Shown piece after piece: positions 1 to 9,193 of a stretch of DNA of 64,000 nucleotides. The notes under the pieces were generated by a model. The model worked only from the letters and a program-made list of their open reading frames with translations, searched no databases and was not told the origin of the DNA. Position numbers and translations under genes: made by a program. The DNA comes from a virus (lineage: Duplodnaviria; Caudoviricetes), in the IMG/VR virus record IMGVR_UViG_3300037424_002164, positions 23,780 to 87,779 of that record, one strand, 5' to 3'. The first letter of the stretch is position 1. Every line of letters starts with the position of its first letter.

Positions 1-144
1 CCTCTGCAAGCAGCGGGGGCTGAAGCTCGGGACCGCGCGGGGCTGCTGGATACGGGCGTTTTACTTCGGCGCGAAGTCCGAAAGCTGGCTGAAGAGGCTC
101 GAGGCGCAGGATCAGATCGGTGAGGAAGCGATGGAGGCGGCGGG

Positions 145-1875
145 GTGAGCTACCAGATCCTCCAAGGCGACGCCCTCTCCGTGCTACGCACGCTGCCGGC
201 TGAGTCGGTGCACTGCGCGGTGACCAGCCCGCCCTACTTTGGCCTGCGAGATTACAAGATCGAGCCGCTGGTGTGGGATGGGGAGCCGGGGTGTGGGCAC
301 GAGTGGGATGCCCACTATAAACCTCCGCCGGGAGGCAAGAGTGCGGCTTCGAGCGGGCTGCATGGAGCGCAGACTAGCGCCACTTATCGAGATCGGCTGG
401 AAGAACAGCATCAGATGAAGGGAATCACGACGCACTTCTGCCAGTGTGGTGCATGGCGCGGCTCCCTTGGCCTGGAGCCCACCATCGAGTTGTACGTCGA
501 GCATCTGGTGTCGGTGTTTCGCGATGTGCGGCGGGTGCTGAGGCCGGAGGCAACGTTGTGGCTCAACCTCGGCGACTGCTACGTCACCAACCCGCACGGC
601 GCCGGCTCGACGTTCGACCCGAAGTATCCCGGTGGCCGCGATCGCTCGGAGGGATTCCGGGCGAATCGCACGAACACGCCGGGGAACCTCGGCCTCAAAT
701 CCAAGGACCTCTGCGGCGTGCCGGAGCGCGTAGTGCTCGCCTTGCAAGCGGACGGCTGGTACTGGCGATCGCGGATCCCCTGGGTGAAGCACAACGGAAT
801 ACCGGAGAGCGTGGACGACCGGCCCACGAGCATGGTTGAGTACCTGTTCCTGCTATCGAAGTCCGAGCACGCCTACTACGACCGGGAGGCGGGGCGGATC
901 CCCAGCAACGGCAACCGCGGCGGTGGACGTCAGCGCGCGGCATTGCTCGGCGACCAGCGATACGTTCGCATGGCCGCCCCCAAGGACACGGACGGCCGCA
1001 CTGGACGCCACGCGGAATTTCAGCCCAGCTCCCGTGCGCGCCGCAACAGCGACTGGCTCTTCTCCTCCCTCGAAGACTACACCCGAGACTTCCAGGGCAT
1101 GCTCCTCGACGGCGCCGGCGACCCGCTTGCCATGATCGTGAACCCGCAGCCGTTCTCGCTCGAGATGTGCGACGCCTGCGAGACCTGCTACGACCGCCGC
1201 GACTACCGGCAGCTTCCCGCGGTCCTGACCTGCGGAGACTGCAAGCGCACCTGGGACGAGACCGGCCCCAAGCTGTCTCGTGTTTGCTCCTGTGGGTCAG
1301 CAAATGTGCGCCACGTTCGGGTCTGCGCCTGCGGCGCCCGCACCTGGGTGTCGCACTTCGCGACGTTCCCGGAGCGGATCGTCTCGCCGTGCATCTTGCT
1401 CGGATCGAGCGAGCACGGCTGCTGCGTGACGTGTGGGGCGCCGTATGAGCGGGTGGTCGAGAAACCCAACAATGGGGACCTTCATCCGCGTCCAGACCTC
1501 AAGGCCGCCGGCGTACATCGGCTCGCGCACACGGAGAGAAGACGGGTGCAGGTCAAAGGAACGCGGGAAGGGGAGCAGTTCTCGCAGACCAGGATGCTCA
1601 TGGGAACCTACGCGGCCCGGGAAGCTGGAGGAGAGCACGACAACCCGTTTCCCGCGCCTCACACCGCCGGCTGGCGGCCGACGTGTTTCCATCCCATGTT
1701 CCCCGCCAACGAGCCGGTTCCCTGCACGATCCTCGACCCCTTCGCCGGATCCGGCCGAGCCGGCCTGGCTGCGGTGAAGCTCGGGCGGAACTTTATCGGG
1801 ATCGAGTGCAGCGCTAAGTACGTGAAGATGGCCGAGTGGCAGGCGGCCAAGCTGAGCGAGGAGGCGAGACCGTGA
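145..1875 (+). CDS. DNA N4-cytosine/N6-adenine methyltransferase (beta class) with Cys-rich insertions
   Basis: N-terminal TSPPY catalytic motif, LWLNLGD, C-terminal ILDPFAGSG...GRNFIGIE SAM-binding motif. Confidence 0.92.
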   Translation: MSYQILQGDALSVLRTLPAESVHCAVTSPPYFGLRDYKIEPLVWDGEPGCGHEWDAHYKPPPGGKSAASSGLHGAQTSATYRDRLEEQHQMKGITTHFCQCGAWRGSLGLEPTIELYVEHLVSVFRDVRRVLRPEATLWLNLGDCYVTNPHGAGSTFDPKYPGGRDRSEGFRANRTNTPGNLGLKSKDLCGVPERVVLALQADGWYWRSRIPWVKHNGIPESVDDRPTSMVEYLFLLSKSEHAYYDREAGRIPSNGNRGGGRQRAALLGDQRYVRMAAPKDTDGRTGRHAEFQPSSRARRNSDWLFSSLEDYTRDFQGMLLDGAGDPLAMIVNPQPFSLEMCDACETCYDRRDYRQLPAVLTCGDCKRTWDETGPKLSRVCSCGSANVRHVRVCACGARTWVSHFATFPERIVSPCILLGSSEHGCCVTCGAPYERVVEKPNNGDLHPRPDLKAAGVHRLAHTERRRVQVKGTREGEQFSQTRMLMGTYAAREAGGEHDNPFPAPHTAGWRPTCFHPMFPANEPVPCTILDPFAGSGRAGLAAVKLGRNFIGIECSAKYVKMAEWQAAKLSEEARP

Positions 1876-2183
1876 ACCGAAACCAAGACATGAAGGCGCC
1901 CAAGCGTATCCAGCGCAAACGGACACTGGGATGGAAGATGCCAGAGGGGGCGGTTTATGTGGGACGCCCGTCGAAATGGGGGAACCCTTTCCGTCGTGGG
2001 GACTGTAGCGCCGAGGTGGTCGTGTCGTGCTTTCTCTCGTACATAGAAGGGAATCTGGACATCATCGACTCCGTGAAGCGGGAACTGCGTGGCAAAGACT
2101 TGGCGTGCTGGTGTCCGCTGGATCAGCCATGCCATGCCGATGTGCTCCTGGAGATTGCAAACTCACAACTGAGAGAGGTCTAG
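1872..2183 (+). CDS. DUF4326 family protein
   Basis: VYVGRPSKWGNPF and LRGKDLACWC...CHADVL motifs; GTGA overlap with the MTase stop. Confidence 0.88.
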   Translation: MNRNQDMKAPKRIQRKRTLGWKMPEGAVYVGRPSKWGNPFRRGDCSAEVVVSCFLSYIEGNLDIIDSVKRELRGKDLACWCPLDQPCHADVLLEIANSQLREV

Positions 2184-2186
2184 AAC

Positions 2187-3203
2187 GTGAACCGAACCAA
2201 GATCGAATGGGCCCAGTTCACGGTGAACCCTCTCCGCGCGCGAGACAAGGAGACCGGGAAGGTGGGCCACTTCTGCGCGCGGATCTCGCCTGGCTGCAAA
2301 CACTGCTACGCCTCGCGGCTCCAATCCCGGTTCGGCACGCCCGATTTCAGCGCATTAAACCGCGACAAGGTTGAGTTGTTCCTGGATGACGCCGTGCTCC
2401 AGCGGGTGATCCGCCGGCGCAAGCCCGCGACGATCTTCTGGTGCGACATGACGGATATGTTCTACGAGGGCTACCCGGACGAGTGGATCGACCGCATCGC
2501 GGCGACTTGCGCGCTTACTCCACAGCACCAGCATCTGTGGCTCACAAAGCGGACGGAGCGGGCGCGGAAGCACCTGAACGCCCCTCACGCTTGGGATTAT
2601 GCGCGTCCAACAGGGATGAAGCATATCGATTGGCCGCTACCCAACGTGTTCCCCGGCTTCTCTGCCGAGGACCAGCCGCATTTCGACCAGCGCTGGTCCG
2701 ACATGCGGCACCTGGCCGCGGCGGGGTGGCAGGTGTGGTGTTCGTACGAGCCGGCGCTCGGGCCTGTGGATATGGGCCGGGCGTTGGGTTTATGGTGCGC
2801 CGCGTGCGGGGTTGGAAAATGCGCAGTGGACGAGCAAGGCGACGCCTATTGTACAGGGTGTCGAGAGGAATGGATTGATCCGTTTTTCTCTGGCGTCGTC
2901 GCCGGCGGCGAGAGCGGCCCGGGTGCGCGGCCTGCGCCTCCCGAGTGGTTCCGATCCGTGCGCGATCAGTGCGAGGCGGCGGGGGTGCCGTTCCATTTTA
3001 AGCAGTGGGGCGAGTGCATGCCGATATTCCACGGCATCAACCCATCCGAGAACGACCCGAAATGTCGTATCAGTGACGGGTTTACGTTCCCACGCGATCA
3101 GGGCCAGAAGATTGGGCAGCATATGTGGCGCGTCGGCAAGCGCGCCGCCGGCCGCCTGCTCGATGGGCGCGAGCACAACGAGACGGCGTGGGGGAAGGCG
3201 TGA
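2187..3203 (+). CDS. Phage Gp37/Gp68 (DUF5131) family protein
   Basis: TKIEW, ISPGCKHCYA, IFWCDMTDMF, LTKR, SYEPALG, VAGGESG, PFHFKQWG. Confidence 0.9.
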   Translation: MNRTKIEWAQFTVNPLRARDKETGKVGHFCARISPGCKHCYASRLQSRFGTPDFSALNRDKVELFLDDAVLQRVIRRRKPATIFWCDMTDMFYEGYPDEWIDRIAATCALTPQHQHLWLTKRTERARKHLNAPHAWDYARPTGMKHIDWPLPNVFPGFSAEDQPHFDQRWSDMRHLAAAGWQVWCSYEPALGPVDMGRALGLWCAACGVGKCAVDEQGDAYCTGCREEWIDPFFSGVVAGGESGPGARPAPPEWFRSVRDQCEAAGVPFHFKQWGECMPIFHGINPSENDPKCRISDGFTFPRDQGQKIGQHMWRVGKRAAGRLLDGREHNETAWGKA

Positions 3204-3394
3204 ACCACGACACCATCAGCCGAGACGAAGATTGCGCCTGCGAATGCCATCTGCGAGATGAGTTGGACCGCGATGAGCCGGAGGACTTTGAGGCTAATGA
3301 GTTTGACGGGGTGATCGAGGGGGTGATCTGTCCCGAGTGCCACGCCCGTATTGGAGAGGGGGATTCTCATGATTCCGAATGCCCATATGCCTGA
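3200..3394 (+). CDS. Small acidic Cys-rich hypothetical protein
   Basis: GTGA-coupled to the upstream gene; CACECH and CPECH motifs. Confidence 0.5.
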   Translation: MNHDTISRDEDCACECHLRDELDRDEPEDFEANEFDGVIEGVICPECHARIGEGDSHDSECPYA

Positions 3395-3854
3395 GACGGC
3401 TGCTGTGACCGAGCGCCCGATCATCCTAAACGCCGAGGCCGTTCAGGCCATCCTAAAGGGGCGCAAGACCCAGGAGCGGCGGGTGGTGGAGCCGCAGCCG
3501 CATAAGAGCACCGCTTACTACCTAGCGCTCCTCTGTCCCTTCGGCGTTCCCGGCGATCGCCTTTGGTTGCGGGGGCCGACCACCAGACCCCCGTGGGCCG
3601 AGCGCATCACGCTGGAGTTGACCGCCGTGCGCGTCGAGCGACTTCAGGACATCAGCGAGGCCGACGCGATCGCGGAGGGATATACGCGTTCTGCCGTAGA
3701 AGATGATGGATCGCCGCTTGGGGCGGCATTGGCTGGCGGGGTGTGGACCGCCAAATTCAATTTCATGTTCGCGTGGGACCACCGCAACGCCAAGCGCGGC
3801 TTTGGGTGGACGGACAACCCGTGGGTGTGGGTGCTCGAATGGAGGCGATCATGA
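3387..3854 (+). CDS. ASCH/PUA-like phage protein
   Basis: ERPIILNAEAVQAILKGRKTQERR ... RITLELTAVRVERLQDISEADAIAEG ... NPWVWVLEW pattern; start uncertain (3369 or 3387). Confidence 0.75.
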   Translation: MPETAAVTERPIILNAEAVQAILKGRKTQERRVVEPQPHKSTAYYLALLCPFGVPGDRLWLRGPTTRPPWAERITLELTAVRVERLQDISEADAIAEGYTRSAVEDDGSPLGAALAGGVWTAKFNFMFAWDHRNAKRGFGWTDNPWVWVLEWRRS

Positions 3855-4159
3855 TGGGCAAAGACGAGGCCGATTTCTTCCGCGCGAAGTTGCTGCCGAT
3901 CATCCGCGACGCGGCGAATGACCACGGCGGGAACCCGATGGACCGCAACCCGCTGCGGTCGCTGCTCCGGCAATTGATCGAGTACGTCGAGTATTTGGAG
4001 GCCGAGAACAAGCGGCTACAGACGGACAAGGAGCGTCTGGATTGGCTAGCATCGGAAGTGAATGGCTGGGCTAAAGCCTACCGCCGATGGACCGGTGAGC
4101 CGCCGTTTCCTGAGACGTTGCGTGCCGCCATCGACGCGGCGCGGAAGGGGCAAGGGTGA
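3851..4159 (+). CDS. Hypothetical phage protein (coiled coil; DKERLDWL...LRAAIDAAR)
   Basis: ATGA coupling; C-terminal motif common in phage accessory genes. Confidence 0.65.
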   Translation: MMGKDEADFFRAKLLPIIRDAANDHGGNPMDRNPLRSLLRQLIEYVEYLEAENKRLQTDKERLDWLASEVNGWAKAYRRWTGEPPFPETLRAAIDAARKGQG

Positions 4160-4205
4160 GACCCATTCTGGGAGAGGCTTGGGGAACCCTTGCGGAGGCC
4201 AAGCG

Positions 4206-4565
4206 ATGACCATAGGCTGGGAGGTCGCGGTGCCGGCGATCCTGGCTACCTGGCTACTGCTCTACTTAGCCCAGCGCGCGGCGCAGGGGAGTCAACGCCG
4301 GACGCTGTGCATCGACTGCGCGCATTTGGACCCTGAGTCACAAGACGAGCCCCCTGAATCACGATGGATGTGCGCCGCGCCGATGTTCACCGAAGTGAAC
4401 TTCCTGACAGGCGGGCCGAGGAGTCAGCGCTTATGCTCGTGCATCAACACAAAGGGGAAATGCCCCGGGTTCAAGGCCAAGGCGCGACGCCCCCACCCTT
4501 GCAATAGGGAGATCCTGATCTGGCCCCACGCTTGGATCAAAAAGCGGAAGGGCGCGAAACCATGA
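4206..4565 (+). CDS. Hypothetical membrane-anchored Cys-rich protein
   Basis: N-terminal hydrophobic stretch, CIDC and further Cys; ATGA-coupled to the next gene. Confidence 0.55.
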   Translation: MTIGWEVAVPAILATWLLLYLAQRAAQGSQRRTLCIDCAHLDPESQDEPPESRWMCAAPMFTEVNFLTGGPRSQRLCSCINTKGKCPGFKAKARRPHPCNREILIWPHAWIKKRKGAKP

Positions 4566-4852
4566 CACGCCGCGGACTACTCGCAGCCCTGGGAGGCTTT
4601 GCTCTCGATCCTGAGCGGCTCCTGTGGCGGCCGGGAGCGAAGCTGATCTCGATTCCCGCTTTGATTCCCTCGTTTCCTCCCTCGGTTCGCGTACGATGCA
4701 CCCAGGGCGTCCTCGAGGTGGCTTGGCCGCCGGGTTCCTGGACGGCGCTCGGGCCGCTCAACTTGCGCAAGGCCCTTGCGCTTCGAATGGCTGACGGGCC
4801 GATCAACTTTCCCCTTTCGCTTCGGAAGACTGACTGGGCGAGGCTTCACTGA
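4562..4852 (+). CDS. Small protein with twin-arginine-like leader (MTRRGLLAALGG)
   Basis: ATGA coupling; RR plus hydrophobic leader. Confidence 0.55.
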   Translation: MTRRGLLAALGGFALDPERLLWRPGAKLISIPALIPSFPPSVRVRCTQGVLEVAWPPGSWTALGPLNLRKALALRMADGPINFPLSLRKTDWARLH

Positions 4853-5085
4853 GCTGCCGCCGCCGGCTTTCTCCGCTTGGGGCACTTGGGTAGGCGAGGT
4901 CAAAATAAAGTTTCCGCCCCCCCCCCTCCCGGCGTATCGTTTTGTAACACGGGGGAAGCCTGCCGGAACGTTGCCCAGTCGTGCAAAAACCTGTGGAAAG
5001 TAAGGAAAACCAGTACTTCCGCCCTGCTGGAATACGGTTTTACCCAATAACGACGGCCTTCGCGCGCATTCTGAAATTGCGCCCC

Positions 5086-5113
5086 TGGACCAAAAGGTAA
5101 AGGTTTTGGTCCA
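5086..5113. promoter_or_regulatory. 28-bp inverted repeat, candidate serine recombinase (res/att-like) site
   Basis: TGGACCAAAA-ggtaaagg-TTTTGGTCCA with central AA; third half-site TTTTGGTCCA at 5186-5195. Confidence 0.5.
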
Positions 5114-5202
5114 AGGTTCAGGGCCAAACGGTACCGTATGGAATCAACACGTTACAAGCACAGAATGCGCAACCGCGAGAAGGGGTTTTGGTCCAGCCTT
5201 TT

Positions 5203-5799
5203 TCAGGCTGTTTTGAGGTCGTTTGTTGACTCAAGCAACCGTTCGACGGTACCGCGGCCCACGCCAAGTTGCGCGGCGATCGCGCGCTGCGAGAAGCCCG
5301 CGCGGTGCAGCTTCCGCGCGCGCTTCTGATCGAGCGACACGTTCGGCCGTCCGATCCGCACGCCCTTGTGCTGCGCGGCCGCCATCCCCGCCTTGACGCG
5401 CTCGCGGATCATTTCGCGCTCGAACTCCGCCACCGCGGCCAGGATGTGCAGCAGCAGCCGGCTGGTCGGGTTCGTCTGGTCGGTGTCGAGCGATTGCGAC
5501 GTTGCAATGAACCGGATGCCCCAGGAGTTGAGCTGTCCGAGCTGCTCGGAGAGATTGAGCACCGAGCGCCCAAAGCGGTCCAGCTTCCAGACGCACACGG
5601 CATCGAAGCGGTGTTCCGCCGCGTCTTGCATCACGTGATCGAGTTCTGGACGGCTGGCCTTCGCCCCGCTCCATCCGGTATCGACGTACTCGCCGGCGAT
5701 CGTCCAGCCTCTCCGGCCGCAGTACTCGCGCAGCTCGCGGAGCTGCATTTCACAGTGCTGGTCGATCGTGGATACCCGGGCGTAGATGGCGCAGCGCAC
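5203..5799 (-). CDS. Small serine recombinase (resolvase/invertase family) with C-terminal HTH
   Basis: IYARVST catalytic Ser, DTGWSG..ASRPEL, VWKLDRFGRS, AEFEREMIRERVKAG..AA...G..IGRP. Confidence 0.95.
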   Translation of the reverse strand: MRCAIYARVSTIDQHCEMQLRELREYCGRRGWTIAGEYVDTGWSGAKASRPELDHVMQDAAEHRFDAVCVWKLDRFGRSVLNLSEQLGQLNSWGIRFIATSQSLDTDQTNPTSRLLLHILAAVAEFEREMIRERVKAGMAAAQHKGVRIGRPNVSLDQKRARKLHRAGFSQRAIAAQLGVGRGTVERLLESTNDLKTA

Positions 5800-6081
5800 T
5801 CATTAAGGTTATCGACACTTGGGAGGGGACACGCACAAAGCGGTATACTCGGAATCAAAGTGGCTGCCCTTAGAATCGCGTTGGGATGCGCGGGGGTTTT
5901 CCTTTCCCCTCGGCGCCCCACGGTTGGCTGTTGCTTTTGAATCACTCCTCCCTCTAGGGGCGCCGGCTCCTCGGTGGATCGGCGCCCTTCGAGTGTACCC
6001 TCTGCACGGCTTGAATGACTCGCGGGGGGTTCAGTTCCGGATGCGGCCCCACCAGCCAGCGCCACAGCAGCCTCAGCAGGA

Positions 6082-6225
6082 TCACGGCTGGATCTCCGGC
6101 CAGGTGGCCAGGATTGCCTCCTCGAGCTCACGGCGCATGCGCTCCGGCTCGTGTTCCGCGAGCAGTTGTTCGAGGACTCCATCCAAACCGAATTCGTTCA
6201 GCATCTCACTGAGGCGCGGATCCAT
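6082..6225 (-). CDS. Small hypothetical protein
   Basis: ATG with upstream AAGGAG; within the leftward operon. Confidence 0.4.
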   Translation of the reverse strand: MDPRLSEMLNEFGLDGVLEQLLAEHEPERMRRELEEAILATWPEIQP

Positions 6226-6457
6226 GGACTCGCTCCTTTCTCCGTGCGGCGCCGCGCGCTCGAAGAGCCTCATCCGCCGCCCGCCGGGCCCCCAAATAAA
6301 ACAGTTGCCCCACTGTAAAGCGGTACCGCTCGCCCTTGTGGCCTTCTCCCTTCAGCCGAACGAGCACGGTCCCCGTGGGCTCAAGAACCACCACGACATG
6401 CCGTCCCCGGATGCTGCTGAAACTCTCGCGGACCACGGGTTTGGTGAGCAACGTCAT
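6206..6457 (-). CDS. Hypothetical protein
   Basis: ATGA-coupled to the upstream gene. Confidence 0.55.
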   Translation of the reverse strand: MTLLTKPVVRESFSSIRGRHVVVVLEPTGTVLVRLKGEGHKGERYRFTVGQLFYLGARRAADEALRARGAARRKERVHGSAPQ

Positions 6458-6936
6458 CCGAACACCTGCCGAGGTGCCGGCACCAGCGGGTTGGCGATCC
6501 CTTCCCGCAGCTTGTCTGCCATCTCGTAGGCCCTCGCCCCGATGTCGTTCATAGACGACAGCCGGTCTTCGTGCCAGAGCGCGCGCCACTTCTTCCGCTT
6601 CTCGGGATCGTCGATCAGATCCAGCCCCGCCATGTAAGTATTGCGGTCCTCTTCATGTCCGATGATGCAGGACTCGAAGCAGGCGGCCAGCTCAACCCTC
6701 TTGACCGGATCAGTGGTTACCCGATCAACTACCGCTTCCAGCCCTTCGCCGAAATGTCGCTGACACCATTCCTCCGCTCCGCCGAAAAGGAACAGGGGGA
6801 CCTCCTCCCCATCCCCATGAAGGGGCATGAAGGAGTACTGTCCGCTCCCCAAAAACAGACAAGCGACCAACGCTACGTCGAGAGACTGAGCCTCAATTGT
6901 GTACGAATCGCTCATGTTGATGATGTCGTAGAGCAT
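6454..6936 (-). CDS. Hypothetical protein
   Basis: GGAGG SD before ATG; protein-like composition. Confidence 0.65.
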   Translation of the reverse strand: MLYDIINMSDSYTIEAQSLDVALVACLFLGSGQYSFMPLHGDGEEVPLFLFGGAEEWCQRHFGEGLEAVVDRVTTDPVKRVELAACFESCIIGHEEDRNTYMAGLDLIDDPEKRKKWRALWHEDRLSSMNDIGARAYEMADKLREGIANPLVPAPRQVFG

Positions 6937-6938
6937 AG

Positions 6939-7892
6939 CTATTCCTCCACCGTACCGCCGAACTCCCGCTCGCACTCGGCCCAGTAGGCGCAACTCGAGC
7001 GGCTGCAAAACATGGACCCCCGGTTCGGGGTGTACAACCCGGAGCGCATCGCCTCCTGCGCGAGCGGGTAGATCACGTCGATGTGCCGCAGATCCGCGTC
7101 CGTCACCCGGTAGGCTGACGAGTGAATCTCCGGCGCGGATTTTGTCGGCCGGCCATCCCTGCCCCTGGTTTGGATGAGCGTGTCAATGCCCACCTGGCCG
7201 CTGGCTCCCGGCGTCAGCCGTGCGTAGGTGGCCACCTGGCGGGCGTAGTCGGGCCGGATTCCCGGGGGCTTTTTGATGGAGGTCTTGATGTCTACGATCC
7301 GGCCGTTCGAGTTGAGCAGGTCGACGTAGCCCTGGACCTTCACGCCTCCGATCAGTCCGGTCACCTTGCGCTCGACGGCCACCGGGGTGATTGCCGGCGC
7401 CTTCTCGACCAGGTACTTCTGCGCCAGCACGGAGCCGGTCAGAGCCAACTCCTCCGGATCGTCGTCCGGGGCGAAGCGGGCCGAAGCAGCCTCCGTCTTC
7501 CAGCCCTCCGCGTAGATGCCCAGGAATTCCTCGCGCTCGAGATCCTGGCCCGACTGGATCTTCAGCCGAAAGTTCTCAGCCAGGGCGTGGTGGACGGCCC
7601 TTCCCATGGCCCGCCTCGCGTCCGTGACGTCGGGCAACCCCCGAAAGTACTTGAAATACCAGCGGGCGTTACAGTCCAGGAAGGTGTTGGTTTGGGAGGG
7701 GCTCAGGACCTCGGCCACTTCAAGGTTGAGCGCCGGTTCCGGCGATGCGCACGGCGTGATTGTTGCCGTTTTCCCGGTTCCGCGGCCGAATTCCGGCAAT
7801 AAGGGCGGGGTGCTTATTGCCGTTTCGCCCTGCCACCAGGTGGCGAGGCGGGCCATAAGGCCCGCCTGCCCGTTCGTGCCGTTGGCGATCAT
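6939..7892 (-). CDS. PD-(D/E)XK nuclease superfamily protein (RecB/Cas4-like phage exonuclease)
   Basis: LSPSQ..FLDC..RWYF, GRAVHHAL, VERKV, GYVDLL, IVDIKT, QVATYA, C-terminal C..CAYWAEC. Confidence 0.9.
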   Translation of the reverse strand: MIANGTNGQAGLMARLATWWQGETAISTPPLLPEFGRGTGKTATITPCASPEPALNLEVAEVLSPSQTNTFLDCNARWYFKYFRGLPDVTDARRAMGRAVHHALAENFRLKIQSGQDLEREEFLGIYAEGWKTEAASARFAPDDDPEELALTGSVLAQKYLVEKAPAITPVAVERKVTGLIGGVKVQGYVDLLNSNGRIVDIKTSIKKPPGIRPDYARQVATYARLTPGASGQVGIDTLIQTRGRDGRPTKSAPEIHSSAYRVTDADLRHIDVIYPLAQEAMRSGLYTPNRGSMFCSRSSCAYWAECEREFGGTVEE

Positions 7893-8554
7893 TGACGGTC
7901 CCCAATGAAGCGGGTCCGTACATTTTTCCCCGCATCGATGTAAAGGACTGCGGCCGCCTGCCGCAAATCCTCGCCGGTGAACTGCACCGGAAGGCTCTTG
8001 GTCGCAGCAGCGTCCCGCGCGGCCACCAGGACGTCGATCGCGTCCAGGTAGCACCGGAGCAACTCGGCCTTGGGATCCCAGTACGGGACACCGTTCGCCA
8101 CCGCGTGGCCGTTGCCGGCGCCGTTGTGGCCGTTGCCGGAGCCGTTGGGCTTTCCGTTGACCTTGCCGTTCCCTGATGATGGGGTAGAATCGGTGTTGTC
8201 CATGACTGGGGCGGCCGGCTTGGTAACCGTTTCCCGCCGAGACGGCTCGGGCCGGCCTGCCTCGTCCTGCCATCGCGGATCGGGATCCACCCGACTAACT
8301 TTCCATTCGATTCCCCGGCGGTTTCCGGCTTTGACTTCGGCTTTAGTGACGGAAATCCGCTGGCCCGGCTCGATGCCGAGTTCGCGGATCCGCTCCGCGC
8401 AGATGGGCGGCAGGTACATAGTGGTCTCGCCGTTCGGGGCCGACTTCAGGCTGAACATCACCTGCGGCCCGTAGTTTCCTTCCGCTTCCTTCCCGTCGCG
8501 GTAGGCTAACGCTACTTCGACGGGCACGTTGGTTTGAAATCGCAACACGCTCAT
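7889..8554 (-). CDS. Hypothetical protein, possibly ssDNA-binding/recombination (OB-like N-terminus)
   Basis: Coupled upstream of the nuclease; low-complexity NG-rich linker. Confidence 0.6.
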   Translation of the reverse strand: MSVLRFQTNVPVEVALAYRDGKEAEGNYGPQVMFSLKSAPNGETTMYLPPICAERIRELGIEPGQRISVTKAEVKAGNRRGIEWKVSRVDPDPRWQDEAGRPEPSRRETVTKPAAPVMDNTDSTPSSGNGKVNGKPNGSGNGHNGAGNGHAVANGVPYWDPKAELLRCYLDAIDVLVAARDAAATKSLPVQFTGEDLRQAAAVLYIDAGKNVRTRFIGDRQ

Positions 8555-8585
8555 AGTAGGTTGTTTCCTTTCTGTTGTTTCAACT

Positions 8586-8864
8586 TCAGTACTGTGATTT
8601 CGGCAGTCGACGAATCGCCGCGTCCAATTGCCGCACCTTCTCCCGCAGTGGGGCCGCGTCGTCCGCGGTCCGCCGGTCCAAGATCCGGCCTATGTCTCCC
8701 CGGAGCGCCGCCAGTTGGATGGCGACTTCCGAGACGGCCTCGGTCAGCATGACGATCAGCTCGCCCGGGATCTCACCCGGGTCGATTTCCCCGACCAGGT
8801 GTTGCCCTTCCTGGCGCATCGACTCCTGCCGTGCCACCAGTTCGTTCAAGTCCCTCGGTTTCAT
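8586..8864 (-). CDS. Hypothetical coiled-coil protein
   Basis: ATGA coupling. Confidence 0.55.
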   Translation of the reverse strand: MKPRDLNELVARQESMRQEGQHLVGEIDPGEIPGELIVMLTEAVSEVAIQLAALRGDIGRILDRRTADDAAPLREKVRQLDAAIRRLPKSQY

Positions 8865-9193
8865 GCGATCTTCCTCCCTTTCGCCAGCTCCCAGGCGTCG
8901 TTCAAGCCCGCGATCGCGGCCTCGAAGCTGATCTCGAACCGCAACTCGAACGCGCGGCGGCCAATGACATGCACCGCCTCCCGTCCCTCCTGGTGGTGTT
9001 TCGCGCAAAGCGGTACGGCGCGGTGGTCGTTGCGCGGCCGGCCGACGTGGTGGGCTTCGACCCACCTGGAGCAGTTCGGATGCTGGACGATGCAGCCGAG
9101 GCCGTGGAGCCAGCGCAGATAAGCGCGGTCCTCGACAGCGCCGCGCCGGGGTTTGAGCGATTGCCGGCGGATCGGGGTGTAGCGGCGGATCAT
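8861..9193 (-). CDS. HNH-like nuclease (DUF968/Ref-like)
   Basis: YLRWLHGLGC, EAHHVG, AVPLCAKHH, F..RF motif pattern. Confidence 0.8.
   Translation of the reverse strand: MIRRYTPIRRQSLKPRRGAVEDRAYLRWLHGLGCIVQHPNCSRWVEAHHVGRPRNDHRAVPLCAKHHQEGREAVHVIGRRAFELRFEISFEAAIAGLNDAWELAKGRKIA

Noticed and set aside
4917-4926. C10 homopolymer, and G10 at 14203-14212, as phase-variation tracts
   Set aside because: Both are outside supported CDSs and not between -35 and -10 boxes; no evidence of length variation without reads
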